64,000 bases of DNA from an uncultured Candidatus Saccharibacteria bacterium (lineage in GTDB: Bacteria > Patescibacteriota > Minisyncoccia > Phycocordibacterales > UBA2100), in assembly GCA_964584225.1 (NCBI GenBank), contig CAZOZG010000001.1, positions 21,652 through 85,651 on the forward strand, given 5' to 3'. A program made the translations under genes and the position numbers. Of this stretch, positions 18,573 to 27,985 are shown piece by piece (positions within the stretch are counted from its first letter, which is position 1; each line of letters starts with the position of its first letter). The notes under the pieces were generated by a model. It was not told where the DNA came from. It saw only the letters and a program-made list of their open reading frames with translations, and ran no database searches.

Positions 18573-18814
18573 AAGCGCGAGCGACCCTCCCGGGGTTGAT
18601 TGTCCTGTGCGGATTTCTTCTTTCGTACGCGATTGTCGCCGCTGGCGGCAAAGGTGGGGGAGGTGGCTACGTCCCGCCGCCGCCGCCAGCCGCGTGTTGC
18701 TCCACCTACTACTATTGCAGCGGCAACGACTTAGGTAAGCACCACGCAGATTGCACTGACTCTGTCATTCAGACATGTCCGGACGGCTGCAGAAACAGCG
18801 CGTGTAATCCATAG
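18569..18814 (+). CDS. Small secreted Cys-rich protein
   Basis: Signal peptide, GGKGGGGG, Cys module homologous to the N-terminus of the next gene; ATGA overlap with lnt. Confidence 0.75.
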   Translation: MKARATLPGLIVLCGFLLSYAIVAAGGKGGGGGYVPPPPPAACCSTYYYCSGNDLGKHHADCTDSVIQTCPDGCRNSACNP

Positions 18815-18818
18815 TCAT

Positions 18819-20963
18819 ATGCGCCTGCGTTACGCACTCATCGGTTCACTTCTCCTCATGCCGCTCGTGGCATTTGCGGGAGGAAAAGGCGGCTACGCGC
18901 AAGGCTACTACCAGGGCTACTACGCACCGCCGTGTCATGACCCGTACTACTATTGTACTGGCAATGATTTGTACGAAAAATTGACCGACGACACCGACCA
19001 ATTCGTCAAAACGTGCGCCAATGGTTGTAACAGTGCGACAGGTGCGTGTATTGACGAAAACCCACCGCAGCCCGTGACCTACACGCCGCCAAGCTGCACG
19101 ATCACATTCGACAAAAATCCCGTGGCACCCGGAGAAAGTACGACCATGCATTGGAGTTCCAGCAATGCGTATTCGATGTACATCAATACGGTTGGTTATG
19201 TCGACCCGTCCGGCTCGGCAACGGTGAACGTCAATCAGACCACCGACCTTTCGGGCGTTGCGACTGGATACAATGCGCCCGCAGGAGCGCCAGCGCCAAC
19301 AAATCAGACGAGCGCGCCGCCGCCCCCGTCGAACACCGTTACCTTCACGACACCGGGCACGTACGAATACACCTGGACGGCACCGACTGGCGTCACGCAA
19401 GTGCACGCGACAGTCGTCGGCGGCGGCGGCGGCGGCGCGGGCGGCCAGGCGCCCGACGACGATGGAGGCTGCGATTGTATTTTGGGCTCGGGCGGCGGGG
19501 CGGGTGGCGCACAGATTAATGAAACCATCAGCGTGACGCCAGGTCAGACGTATCAAGTTATTGTCGGACGAGGTGGTCTCGGTGGTATTCATCGCTCGGT
19601 GTCGTACTGCCCGAGTACCTTCCCCGGCGCGAACGGTGGTGATTCGTCGTTTGGCACGCTCGTAGCGCATGGAGGACAAGCAGGATCCGGCATTTACACA
19701 GGCGGAGCTGGTGGCACGCCAGGCGGGACTGCGGGCTGCGGCGGCACACTCTACTCTGGCGGCTCGAGCTGCGGCGGCACGAACGCCACTTCTCACGGAG
19801 CTGGCGGCACGGGCGGCGGCTGCTACGTCAACGGAGGTAATGGCGCTGATGGCTACGTTTCAATCTCGTGGGACTCGCCTGCGCCTTCTACCGAAACGCC
19901 ACCACCCAACAGCGTGTCTGTCTCGTGTGCGGCAGTGCTCACAACTGATGCCTCACTCGCGCCGTCGGCCCGCATCAGAGCTGACTCAGTCATTGTTGCG
20001 CTTGGTGATTCGATTGGCGTCCACGCCGATTACACCGTCGGCACAGGTGATACCTTAGGATCATCGCGTATCGATTCGCCAGAAGGTAACGCAGTGACCG
20101 GTAGTTCTGCGCTTGCGCATCGCGACTACAGCTTTGCTCCGGCGGTCACCGGTCTTTACACGTTCTTTGCTCGACTCGCGAGCGCAAAATTCCCGACACT
20201 CAAGACATACGATTCGGTCGGGGTACAAGTCTCAGAGAACACGGCGTGTGGCAGCGGTCAGTATTTCGCGACTGATCAGCCCTACGGTGGAGAATGTATT
20301 TGTAAAATAAATAACGCGTTGCCGATCAATGGGCAGTGCGAGTCGTCGTGCACGCTCGGCCAGCACTCCTCAGGCGGCGTATGCTTGTGCGACAACAATG
20401 ACACTGCCCCCGTTTTTGGTGAGTGTCATATGTGCACGGTGGGTACGCCAGTGTGCGCCGGGCCCGATGTCGATGGTGACAGCATCGGTGACAGCATCGC
20501 GCACATTTCAAATGCGCTCACATGTGCCGTAGATACTAGCAACCTCACTGCCTGCAGCAGCGGCTATCACTGCGTATCGGGTCAATGCACACATATGCCA
20601 CCGACTGCGTACTTCCGCGCGCTTCCTGGTGTTGTCGCGAAAGGTAACGCGTCGTCGCTTGCGTGGTTTGCCGCTGGCGTGCAGCCAAGCTCGTGCTCGG
20701 TCACGGGCCCCAACGGTCAAGCCTTTAGTTCGGTCGCGATTGGATCGGCACAAGCCTCCGGCAGTAGCACCGGCGCATGCTCGAGTGCGAACACAAGTTG
20801 CCCGCTCGGCTCTGTGTGTTTGGGGACGCAGTGCATCAACGCGCAACCGACAGCGGCTATCACGTCGCGCAGCACGTTCAATCTTGCGTGCACCGGGCTC
20901 GATGGCACTCCGCTGCGTCAAAGTGTGACGATTGGTATCGCGCCCACACATAGTGAGCACTAA
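18819..20963 (+). CDS. Secreted Gly-rich/Cys-rich multidomain surface protein
   Basis: Signal peptide; Gly-rich domain (VVGGGGGGAGG...GADGYVSISW); Ig-like repeats (CTITFDKNP); ends PTHSEH. Confidence 0.9.
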   Translation: MRLRYALIGSLLLMPLVAFAGGKGGYAQGYYQGYYAPPCHDPYYYCTGNDLYEKLTDDTDQFVKTCANGCNSATGACIDENPPQPVTYTPPSCTITFDKNPVAPGESTTMHWSSSNAYSMYINTVGYVDPSGSATVNVNQTTDLSGVATGYNAPAGAPAPTNQTSAPPPPSNTVTFTTPGTYEYTWTAPTGVTQVHATVVGGGGGGAGGQAPDDDGGCDCILGSGGGAGGAQINETISVTPGQTYQVIVGRGGLGGIHRSVSYCPSTFPGANGGDSSFGTLVAHGGQAGSGIYTGGAGGTPGGTAGCGGTLYSGGSSCGGTNATSHGAGGTGGGCYVNGGNGADGYVSISWDSPAPSTETPPPNSVSVSCAAVLTTDASLAPSARIRADSVIVALGDSIGVHADYTVGTGDTLGSSRIDSPEGNAVTGSSALAHRDYSFAPAVTGLYTFFARLASAKFPTLKTYDSVGVQVSENTACGSGQYFATDQPYGGECICKINNALPINGQCESSCTLGQHSSGGVCLCDNNDTAPVFGECHMCTVGTPVCAGPDVDGDSIGDSIAHISNALTCAVDTSNLTACSSGYHCVSGQCTHMPPTAYFRALPGVVAKGNASSLAWFAAGVQPSSCSVTGPNGQAFSSVAIGSAQASGSSTGACSSANTSCPLGSVCLGTQCINAQPTAAITSRSTFNLACTGLDGTPLRQSVTIGIAPTHSEH

Positions 20964-21013
20964 ACTGTTAATAGCGAGGGTCGAAGAGAAAATTTGTCGG
21001 TACAATAAGACGC

Positions 21014-21472
21014 ATGTATCACAAGGCGCTCTATGGGGGCCTCGCGATTTGCCTGTTACTCATCGCTATCATCATTTGGTTGTCGTACGCGTCCCAAACG
21101 GCGCCAGGCAGTACCGGTGTCACTTCCCCTCAAACCGCCGCTCACTCTTTGTCGAACAGTCCAGCCCCGAAACCTGGCGGCTTTCAGCTTTTGATTTCAT
21201 ATACCGAGAGCGGCTTCCAGCCCGCGATCGCACACGTGAAGCCAGGTAACACCGTTCGTTTTACAAATAATTCTTCGGGCACGTTGTGGGTCAGTGCATA
21301 CGGCAGAAATGTGTATCCACGCGAATCATCAAGTTGCGGTCAGAGCGCGCTCGATTCCTGCAAAGCGATCGCGCGCGGCGCGTTTTGGGAGTTTACGCTC
21401 AAAAATGCCGGTACCTGGTTGTATCAGAACAAAAATGACACCAGCAAAAACGGAAGCATCGTTGTGAAATGA
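21014..21472 (+). CDS. Membrane-anchored cupredoxin-like protein
   Basis: N-terminal TM; GFQPAIAHVKPGNTVRFTN, AGTWLY, GSIVV; canonical Cu ligands not evident. Confidence 0.75.
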   Translation: MYHKALYGGLAICLLLIAIIIWLSYASQTAPGSTGVTSPQTAAHSLSNSPAPKPGGFQLLISYTESGFQPAIAHVKPGNTVRFTNNSSGTLWVSAYGRNVYPRESSSCGQSALDSCKAIARGAFWEFTLKNAGTWLYQNKNDTSKNGSIVVK

Positions 21473-21473
21473 T

Positions 21474-24329
21474 ATGAAACACGTCATACACAATCTGTCA
21501 GTCGTCGTCCTTGGTCTCGGTTTCCTCATCGTGCCTTCGCTTCTGTATGCATATGGCGAAGGGAATTACTACAGCGAGGGGTATTACTATAGCCAATCGT
21601 ATTACGAAGGATTTTATTACAGCCAGGGTTCATACTCATCCAACGCGAAAAGTTGTGATCAGACATTTTCAACACCCGGTCCCGGTACATTTACTGTCCC
21701 AGCAGGTGTCACATCGCTTCGAGTAGTCGCAGTCGGCGGTGGCGGTGGCGGTGGCGCGGGTGCCGGCGGTTGGGGAAGTGGCGGTGGCGGTGGTTGCAGC
21801 GGGGCGGTAGTGGGAAACACGCTCACCGTTACACCTGGGCAAGCAATCCCAGTCTATGTTGGTTATGGCGGAGCAGGAGGTAATGGCGCCGGTCAGTGCA
21901 CTATCTCAGGGTTTCCATGGTGCGGTTCGTATAATCCAAGCACAAATGGTTCTACAGGCGGTGATTCTGGGTTTGGCTCAATCGTTGCGCACGGCGGAAG
22001 CTGGGGAAGGACGGGATTTTACAATCTGTTCAATCAATATCCGGGTGGTAGTGGAGGCGGCTCTGGCGGTGGCGGGGGAGGAAACGGCTGGCCAGGGTTT
22101 TATGCACAAGCTGGAAATGGAGGAATGGCGGGCGGACAGACAAATAGCCAAGGTGCCGGTGGATATTGCACGGGAGGTGGTTGGGGCTGGAACGGTACGT
22201 CGCTCATCAAACAGGTCCCGTATGCAGCTGGCCAGGGGGGCACTGTCGGCGGCGGGTACTACGGTGGCGGCGGTGGCGGCGGACTCATTTTGAACGGCAG
22301 CAGCATCAAGGGCGGTGACGGCCAGTCAAGCCCCGGTAACGGCGGCGTCGGCTACGGAGCGGGCGGCGGCGGTTCGAATCTCGACAACACTGGCGTCGGC
22401 GGCAGTGGGGCACAAGGCATAGTCTACGTTGAATGGGATCCATCTTCGTCTGGTTCGTGTTCTGCGCCACCACCACCCCCTCCGCCGACGGCGCAATGCT
22501 CAATCACATTTGATAAAAATCCAATCAATTTCGGCGATGGCACTACTATTCATTGGACGTCGAACGGAGGTGATCTCTACATCAACAACATCGGATACGT
22601 GAATGCAACAGGGACGGCCGTCGTCCAGCCAGCGACGACGACTGATTATTCAGGAGTTGTCTCCTCCAGCACCTCACTGGCATTCGCGCCGTCTCAGCGA
22701 GGAAAAGTCGCCGGCGCCGGGTCGCAATCGTACATAACGCCGGGCACCTATCAGTTCACGATTCCGAATTACACCGGGACGCTCACGGCCACAGTAAACG
22801 GCGCCGGGGGAGCAGGCGGCTGGGGAGGTTGCGGCGTCGATTCCGGTGGATCAAATCAGTGTCTATATGGCGCAGGCCAAGGAGTCGCATCTGGTTCAGG
22901 CGAGTCGTCTTCATTTGGGTCGGCCATGGCGGGTGGCGGCGGAAATGGTGCCGAAGGTGGGAGGGGTATTACTAGCGACCCTTGTAATGGAGGACCCGGC
23001 GCAGATGGCAACCCGGGAACAGGGACTGTCTCTGGCGGAGGCGCTCTCGGCGGCGGAGGGGGCGATGGATACACAGGAGGATGGTGCAACGGAGGAAAAG
23101 GAGGCACGGGAGGATCTGGAGGTAAGACGACTCAAACATTCACTACGTCTACACTTGCACCCGGGTCCACTGTGACAGTCGTCGTTGGTGCAGGTGGCAT
23201 CGGCTGGGTGGGGTATTGCAATCAGACTTGTGCCGGTTCTGGCCAAAACGGCTCCGTCTCAATCTCCTGGACAGACGCATCAAACCCACCTCCACCCACC
23301 TGCTCCAACGGTCTCAATATCAGCCAATATCCCAGTTGCTCTTGCCCGAGCGGGCAGTCCCAAAGTGGTTCGACGTGTGTGGCGCCCGCGGCACCGAAAG
23401 TTGTTGCAACCTGCCCCGTCACCCTCACCGTCAACAAACCCACAACTCCCACTGCACACATCAGTGCCGATTTCACGAAGCTCACCGTGGGTGAAACCAC
23501 CGGGATCCACGCAGACTTCTCAGCGGGCTCGGGAGATGCAATCGCGGAAGACAACATCGATTCGCCGGAGGGGACGGGCCTTGGTGCGACGACCAACCCT
23601 GATTCGCGCAAAGACATCACCTTCACCGCGTCCACGACGGGGACCTACACCTTCTACGCGCGCATGCGCACGGCAAATTTTCCCGAGTGGAAGTCGTACG
23701 ACAGTGTCACGATCACGGTCTCACCGTCGGCTGAATGCAATACGAACAACGACTGCGCGACCGATGAAATTTGTTCGACATCATCGATGTGCGAATTCCT
23801 CGATTGCGGTGTCGATACCAACATGCATGCAGAAAATCACGAGTGTGTCTGTGATGCCAATTACGCACTCGGCAGCGACAATATCTGCCACCTCGAATGC
23901 ATCGATGCATTTATCTGTGCCAACGCCGACGGCACGCCAGACCCGGGTGGCACCTACAGCGCTCACCAGGATACGAGCTGCACGCTCGGCGCACCGCAGT
24001 TATGTCAGTACGGATGTCTCAATGGCATTTGTGAAAGTCCAACACCGGCCTTTACCTTCAGAATTGTCCCAAGCGCAGTCGTCAAAGGAAACACGACGAC
24101 AATCATCTGGAATGCGACGCATGTGAGTTCCTGTACACTCACTGGTGACAACACAGACGCGTGGAGTTGCGACGATACTGCCTCCTGCACGACGCTTCAT
24201 ACCGTCACCACCGCTCCGATCCAGGGCAAGACGACCTACACACTTTCGTGTCTGCCGCTTGCCGGTCAGCCAGCGATTCCTGATCAAAAGAAGGCAGTCA
24301 CTGTCACGCCCACGCATAGCGAACACTAG
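21474..24329 (+). CDS. Secreted Gly-rich/Cys-rich multidomain surface protein
   Basis: Signal peptide; YYS(Q/E)(G/S) repeats; two Gly-rich domains; domains paralogous to 18819-20963; ends PTHSEH. Confidence 0.9.
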   Translation: MKHVIHNLSVVVLGLGFLIVPSLLYAYGEGNYYSEGYYYSQSYYEGFYYSQGSYSSNAKSCDQTFSTPGPGTFTVPAGVTSLRVVAVGGGGGGGAGAGGWGSGGGGGCSGAVVGNTLTVTPGQAIPVYVGYGGAGGNGAGQCTISGFPWCGSYNPSTNGSTGGDSGFGSIVAHGGSWGRTGFYNLFNQYPGGSGGGSGGGGGGNGWPGFYAQAGNGGMAGGQTNSQGAGGYCTGGGWGWNGTSLIKQVPYAAGQGGTVGGGYYGGGGGGGLILNGSSIKGGDGQSSPGNGGVGYGAGGGGSNLDNTGVGGSGAQGIVYVEWDPSSSGSCSAPPPPPPPTAQCSITFDKNPINFGDGTTIHWTSNGGDLYINNIGYVNATGTAVVQPATTTDYSGVVSSSTSLAFAPSQRGKVAGAGSQSYITPGTYQFTIPNYTGTLTATVNGAGGAGGWGGCGVDSGGSNQCLYGAGQGVASGSGESSSFGSAMAGGGGNGAEGGRGITSDPCNGGPGADGNPGTGTVSGGGALGGGGGDGYTGGWCNGGKGGTGGSGGKTTQTFTTSTLAPGSTVTVVVGAGGIGWVGYCNQTCAGSGQNGSVSISWTDASNPPPPTCSNGLNISQYPSCSCPSGQSQSGSTCVAPAAPKVVATCPVTLTVNKPTTPTAHISADFTKLTVGETTGIHADFSAGSGDAIAEDNIDSPEGTGLGATTNPDSRKDITFTASTTGTYTFYARMRTANFPEWKSYDSVTITVSPSAECNTNNDCATDEICSTSSMCEFLDCGVDTNMHAENHECVCDANYALGSDNICHLECIDAFICANADGTPDPGGTYSAHQDTSCTLGAPQLCQYGCLNGICESPTPAFTFRIVPSAVVKGNTTTIIWNATHVSSCTLTGDNTDAWSCDDTASCTTLHTVTTAPIQGKTTYTLSCLPLAGQPAIPDQKKAVTVTPTHSEH

Positions 24330-24377
24330 CCTGTGCATATCTCACTGTTGCTCCTCGCGCGTTGGTACAATGGTTCC

Positions 24378-24761
24378 ATGATGGTTCACGTGCGTCACAC
24401 GCTCATCGCCGCATTCACTGCGCTCTTCGTTGCGGCGGTCATCGTCCCGGTGCTCGCACACGCACAAGAGACCGATCTAAAGACAGCGATTCGCGCCGCG
24501 ATCAGCGCCGACGCACGATCTGCTCACCTCACCTCCGCGCAGCTTGATGCCTTGGCGACTGCGCTCACGACACAAGCACAGTCCAACGGTGTGACAGCGC
24601 AAGATATCGAGTGGAAGCCGACGAGCGCCCTTTCGCCCGCACCCGTCTCCAATGGCTCAGACATGACTGGTCTATGGATGTTGACGCTTTTCTTTGCATC
24701 CATGCTCGGCCTTGCGACTATCGCAGCGATGATGGAGCAATCAAAAGCACAAATGGCGTAA
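24378..24761 (+). CDS. Exported protein with C-terminal TM
   Basis: AHA signal cleavage site; hydrophobic tail; TACAAT 6 nt before ATG. Confidence 0.8.
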   Translation: MMVHVRHTLIAAFTALFVAAVIVPVLAHAQETDLKTAIRAAISADARSAHLTSAQLDALATALTTQAQSNGVTAQDIEWKPTSALSPAPVSNGSDMTGLWMLTLFFASMLGLATIAAMMEQSKAQMA

Positions 24762-24783
24762 GTGTCCTTCGGGGTCGGGACCT

Positions 24784-26052
24784 ATGATAACGAACGAAGC
24801 GCTCGATTTTATACGGCAGCAGCGAGCTCAGGGTATTGCTGACAACGATATTAAGGGTGCGCTCGCGCGAAGTGGGTGGAAACCGGAGGATATAAATGAG
24901 GCGTTTGTCGCGGCGGCGCAGCCTGCGGCTGCGCCGCCGCCCGCATCCCCAATTGCCGGCGGTGAAAAACCACTTTCCGTTGGCTCATTTATCGGCACGT
25001 CGTGGGAGATCTTCAAGAAACGTCCGTGGTTTTTGATCGGTGTGTGGCTTTTGTCGACCATCGGTTTCTTCGCCGTATCCGGCATATCAAGCGGCATCAC
25101 GACATCCATCGGACACGGGGCGCAATTCATCAGCCTCGTCGTCAATTGGATCATCCAGATTCTCTACGGCATGGGATTGATCGCGTTCTTTTTGAAGGCA
25201 CACGACGACATTAATGCTGTTTCGTTTAAAGATCTCTGGCATCCAAGAAAGTTTTGGAGTTATGTCGGCGCCTACGCACTCTACATCATCGCGATTCTCG
25301 TCGGATACATCCTGCTTCTCGTTCCTGGCGTGATTGCGATGATCGCCTTTTTCTTCGCTCCATACTTTGTCATTGATAAAGGCATGGGTCCCATCGAGGC
25401 GATGAAAGCATCAGCTCGCATCACGAAAGGCAATCGTCTCCGCTTGCTTGCGCTTTTTGGCGCGTGCGGATTACTCGCACTCCTGGGCTTCATTGCACTG
25501 ATTGTTGGAATACTGGTCGTCATCCCAGTCGTCTCACTTATCTACGTGAATGCATACCGAAGGCTCTCGGCGGCAGCGGATGCAAAGATGCCACGGCAAA
25601 AGCTCACCGGCGGCGAGCTCACACTCGTTATTCTCGGGTGTCTCATACCGGGCGCCGTTGCCGTCATCGGTCTTTTGGCTTCGGTCGTCCTCGTGAGTCT
25701 GAATTCTGCGCGTGAAAAAGGCCGCGACGCGATACGATTTTCTGACGTGAAACAACTCGAAATAGCGCTTACGCTCTATCAAGATCAAAACAATTCGTAT
25801 CCCGCGACGCTCGAGTTGCTGCAGCCGGATTTCATTGCTGCCGTACCGACTGACCCGCAAACAAATCAATCGTTTGACTATGAACCTGCCGCGGATGGCA
25901 AATCCTACCAATTGTGTACCACCTACGAGACATCGACATCGTACGACAAATGCGTCTCTTCGGATGATGGTGGTGTATCGCCAGGCGCCACAAACACGAC
26001 AGACTCCACCGGCACATCTGCGTCGCCACTCGATACGACCCCGACACTGTAA
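24784..26052 (+). CDS. Integral membrane protein fused to a pilin/pseudopilin-like domain
   Basis: Multi-TM domain, then IGLLASVVLVSLNSAREKGRDAIRFSDVKQLEIAL...YP...PTDP. Confidence 0.8.
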   Translation: MITNEALDFIRQQRAQGIADNDIKGALARSGWKPEDINEAFVAAAQPAAAPPPASPIAGGEKPLSVGSFIGTSWEIFKKRPWFLIGVWLLSTIGFFAVSGISSGITTSIGHGAQFISLVVNWIIQILYGMGLIAFFLKAHDDINAVSFKDLWHPRKFWSYVGAYALYIIAILVGYILLLVPGVIAMIAFFFAPYFVIDKGMGPIEAMKASARITKGNRLRLLALFGACGLLALLGFIALIVGILVVIPVVSLIYVNAYRRLSAAADAKMPRQKLTGGELTLVILGCLIPGAVAVIGLLASVVLVSLNSAREKGRDAIRFSDVKQLEIALTLYQDQNNSYPATLELLQPDFIAAVPTDPQTNQSFDYEPAADGKSYQLCTTYETSTSYDKCVSSDDGGVSPGATNTTDSTGTSASPLDTTPTL

Positions 26053-26053
26053 T

Positions 26054-26157
26054 TTGCATTTTGTAGTTGCTTCGCGTATAGTGCCTCGCACGCCATGTCC
26101 CCATAGGGACCAATAGCGAGGCAGAGAGCTGCCCGCTATCGCGGGCGTTTCGTTTTT
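26054..26157 (+). promoter_or_regulatory. rplC promoter and structured leader
   Basis: TTGCAT-17-TATAGT; GTCCC/GGGAC stem; GCCCGC-TATC-GCGGGC followed by a T-rich run. Confidence 0.6.
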
Positions 26158-26163
26158 AAAGAT

Positions 26164-26760
26164 ATGAAATTCATGCTCGGCACCAAAGGCAAAATGACCC
26201 AGGTCTTCGACGACGCTGGTGCCGTCTGGGCTGCGACGATCGTAAACGCCGGTCCGTTGACCGTCACGCAGGTGAAGACGACGGAGAAAGATGGGTATGC
26301 ATCAGCGCAAGTGGGTTTTGGCATGAAGAAAGAAAAGCGCGTCAACCAAGCGCAAAAGGCAAAGCCGTTTCAATACATGCGCGAATTTACAGATAAAACA
26401 CTGCCGGAAATGGGCGCGAAAATCGACGCGTCGATTTTCGCGCCAGGCGATGTTGTCGCCGTTTCCGCGATCTCAAAAGGCAAAGGCTTCCAGGGCGTCG
26501 TGAAGCGCCACGGTTTTGCAGGCGGTCCTCGCTCGCACGGCCAGAAGAATAAAGAGCGCGCGCCCGGATCAATCGGCGGTGGTGCACGAGCTGGCGCACA
26601 CGTCGCAAAAGGCATGCGCATGGCCGGCCGTATGGGCAGTGATCGCATCACCATCAAAAACCTCAAAGTGCTGCAAGTCGACGCAGCGTCAAACACGATT
26701 GTGATTTCAGGCGCGATTCCCGGTCGTCCGGGCACGCTCGTTGAAATCGTAGGAAAATAA
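26164..26760 (+). CDS. rplC: 50S ribosomal protein L3
   Basis: SKGKGFQGVVKRHGF, MAGRMG. Confidence 0.98.
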   Translation: MKFMLGTKGKMTQVFDDAGAVWAATIVNAGPLTVTQVKTTEKDGYASAQVGFGMKKEKRVNQAQKAKPFQYMREFTDKTLPEMGAKIDASIFAPGDVVAVSAISKGKGFQGVVKRHGFAGGPRSHGQKNKERAPGSIGGGARAGAHVAKGMRMAGRMGSDRITIKNLKVLQVDAASNTIVISGAIPGRPGTLVEIVGK

Positions 26761-26761
26761 T

Positions 26762-26938
26762 GAGCGAAGCGAATATATTTTCCACGACCCAGCACCAATT
26801 TTGAAACTCGAGAAAAATATGCAAAACTATCCGACTCAGTTGAATACAGCGAAAGGAGGCACGAACTTCTGGCACTCAAAATTGGTGCTGGGTGCAAGAG
26901 CTTCTAAGCTCGCTGTGCTCGCTAAGAATCTCTAGCAT
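26762..26938. repeat. Structured intergenic element, copy A
   Basis: GAGCGAAGCGAA; 18-bp perfect IR 26787-26804/26876-26893; conserved 3' hairpin shared with 36491-36646. Confidence 0.85.
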
Positions 26939-27604
26939 ATGGACGCACCTATCTACAACGCACAAGGAAAGAAAGGAGGCTCGGTAAAGCTCCCCGACAA
27001 CGTCTTTGGCATTGCGTGGAATGATTCTTTGATGCACCAAGTTGTCACCTCGATGCAAAGCAACGCACGCGGCCCTGTCGCGCACGCCAAAGGTCGCGGC
27101 GACGTCCGCGGTGGTGGCAAAAAGCCATGGCAGCAGAAGGGCACTGGTCGCGCTCGTCACGGCTCGATCCGCTCGCCCATTTGGAAAGGCGGTGGTGTCA
27201 CACACGGTCCGATCAAAGACAAGAATTATACCCGGGAAATTCCAAAAAAAATGCGCGCAAAGGCACTCTTCATGGCACTCTCGCGTAAACTCGCCGACAA
27301 CGAAATCGTCTTCGTCGACTCGTTCGGTATTACTGCGCCGAAGACGGCAGTTGCAAAGAAAGCACTCGTCGCACTCTCGAAGAGTGGTTTTGAAAAGCTT
27401 TCGAAGAAAAAGAATGCTGCGCTCATTGCGCTTCCCGATCCTTCAGAGGCGGCGATGAAGAGTTTCCGCAACATCGGCAATGTCGACGTCATGAGCGTCA
27501 GAAACCTCAACCCAGTGGCTGTCATGGGCAGCTCCTACCTCGTCGTCGAAAATCCTGAAGCTGCCGTCGCGATTCTCGCCACACGTGCAACAAATAAAAA
27601 ATAA
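26939..27604 (+). CDS. rplD: 50S ribosomal protein L4
   Basis: GGGKKPWQQKGTGRARHGSIRSP. Confidence 0.98.
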   Translation: MDAPIYNAQGKKGGSVKLPDNVFGIAWNDSLMHQVVTSMQSNARGPVAHAKGRGDVRGGGKKPWQQKGTGRARHGSIRSPIWKGGGVTHGPIKDKNYTREIPKKMRAKALFMALSRKLADNEIVFVDSFGITAPKTAVAKKALVALSKSGFEKLSKKKNAALIALPDPSEAAMKSFRNIGNVDVMSVRNLNPVAVMGSSYLVVENPEAAVAILATRATNKK

Positions 27605-27606
27605 GT

Positions 27607-27984
27607 ATGGCCTGGTTTAAAAACGACAAAAAAGAAGAAAAGAAAGAGACAGCGACGCCGAAAGCCGCGACGCCTGTATCAGCAGCGACATCATCGACCA
27701 AAGCCGATCTCGCGCACGTCCTGAAGAATCCGCGCATCACCGAAAAGGCGACGATGCATGGGGCACAGGGCGTCTACACCTTCGACATCGCTGAAAACGC
27801 CACAAAGCGCGAAATCTTCGCCGCCGTCAAAAAGTTTTACGCCGTCACGCCGCGCATGGTGCGCGTTGTTCGTGTGCCCGCGAAGATGAAACGCAGCATG
27901 CGCACTGGCAAGGTGGGCATGAAAAGCGGTGGCAAAAAAGCATACGTTTACCTCAAAAAAGGCGAACAGATAACACTCACATAA
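27607..27984 (+). CDS. rplW: 50S ribosomal protein L23
   Basis: PRITEKA, KKAYVYLK. Confidence 0.96.
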   Translation: MAWFKNDKKEEKKETATPKAATPVSAATSSTKADLAHVLKNPRITEKATMHGAQGVYTFDIAENATKREIFAAVKKFYAVTPRMVRVVRVPAKMKRSMRTGKVGMKSGGKKAYVYLKKGEQITLT

Positions 27985-27985
27985 T

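Noticed and set aside
19419-22372. GGC/GGT tracts as phase-variable simple repeats
   Set aside because: They are in-frame poly-Gly codons of the Gly-rich domains.
26762-26938. Self-splicing intron
   Set aside because: It lies between complete genes, is short and shows no group I or group II core.
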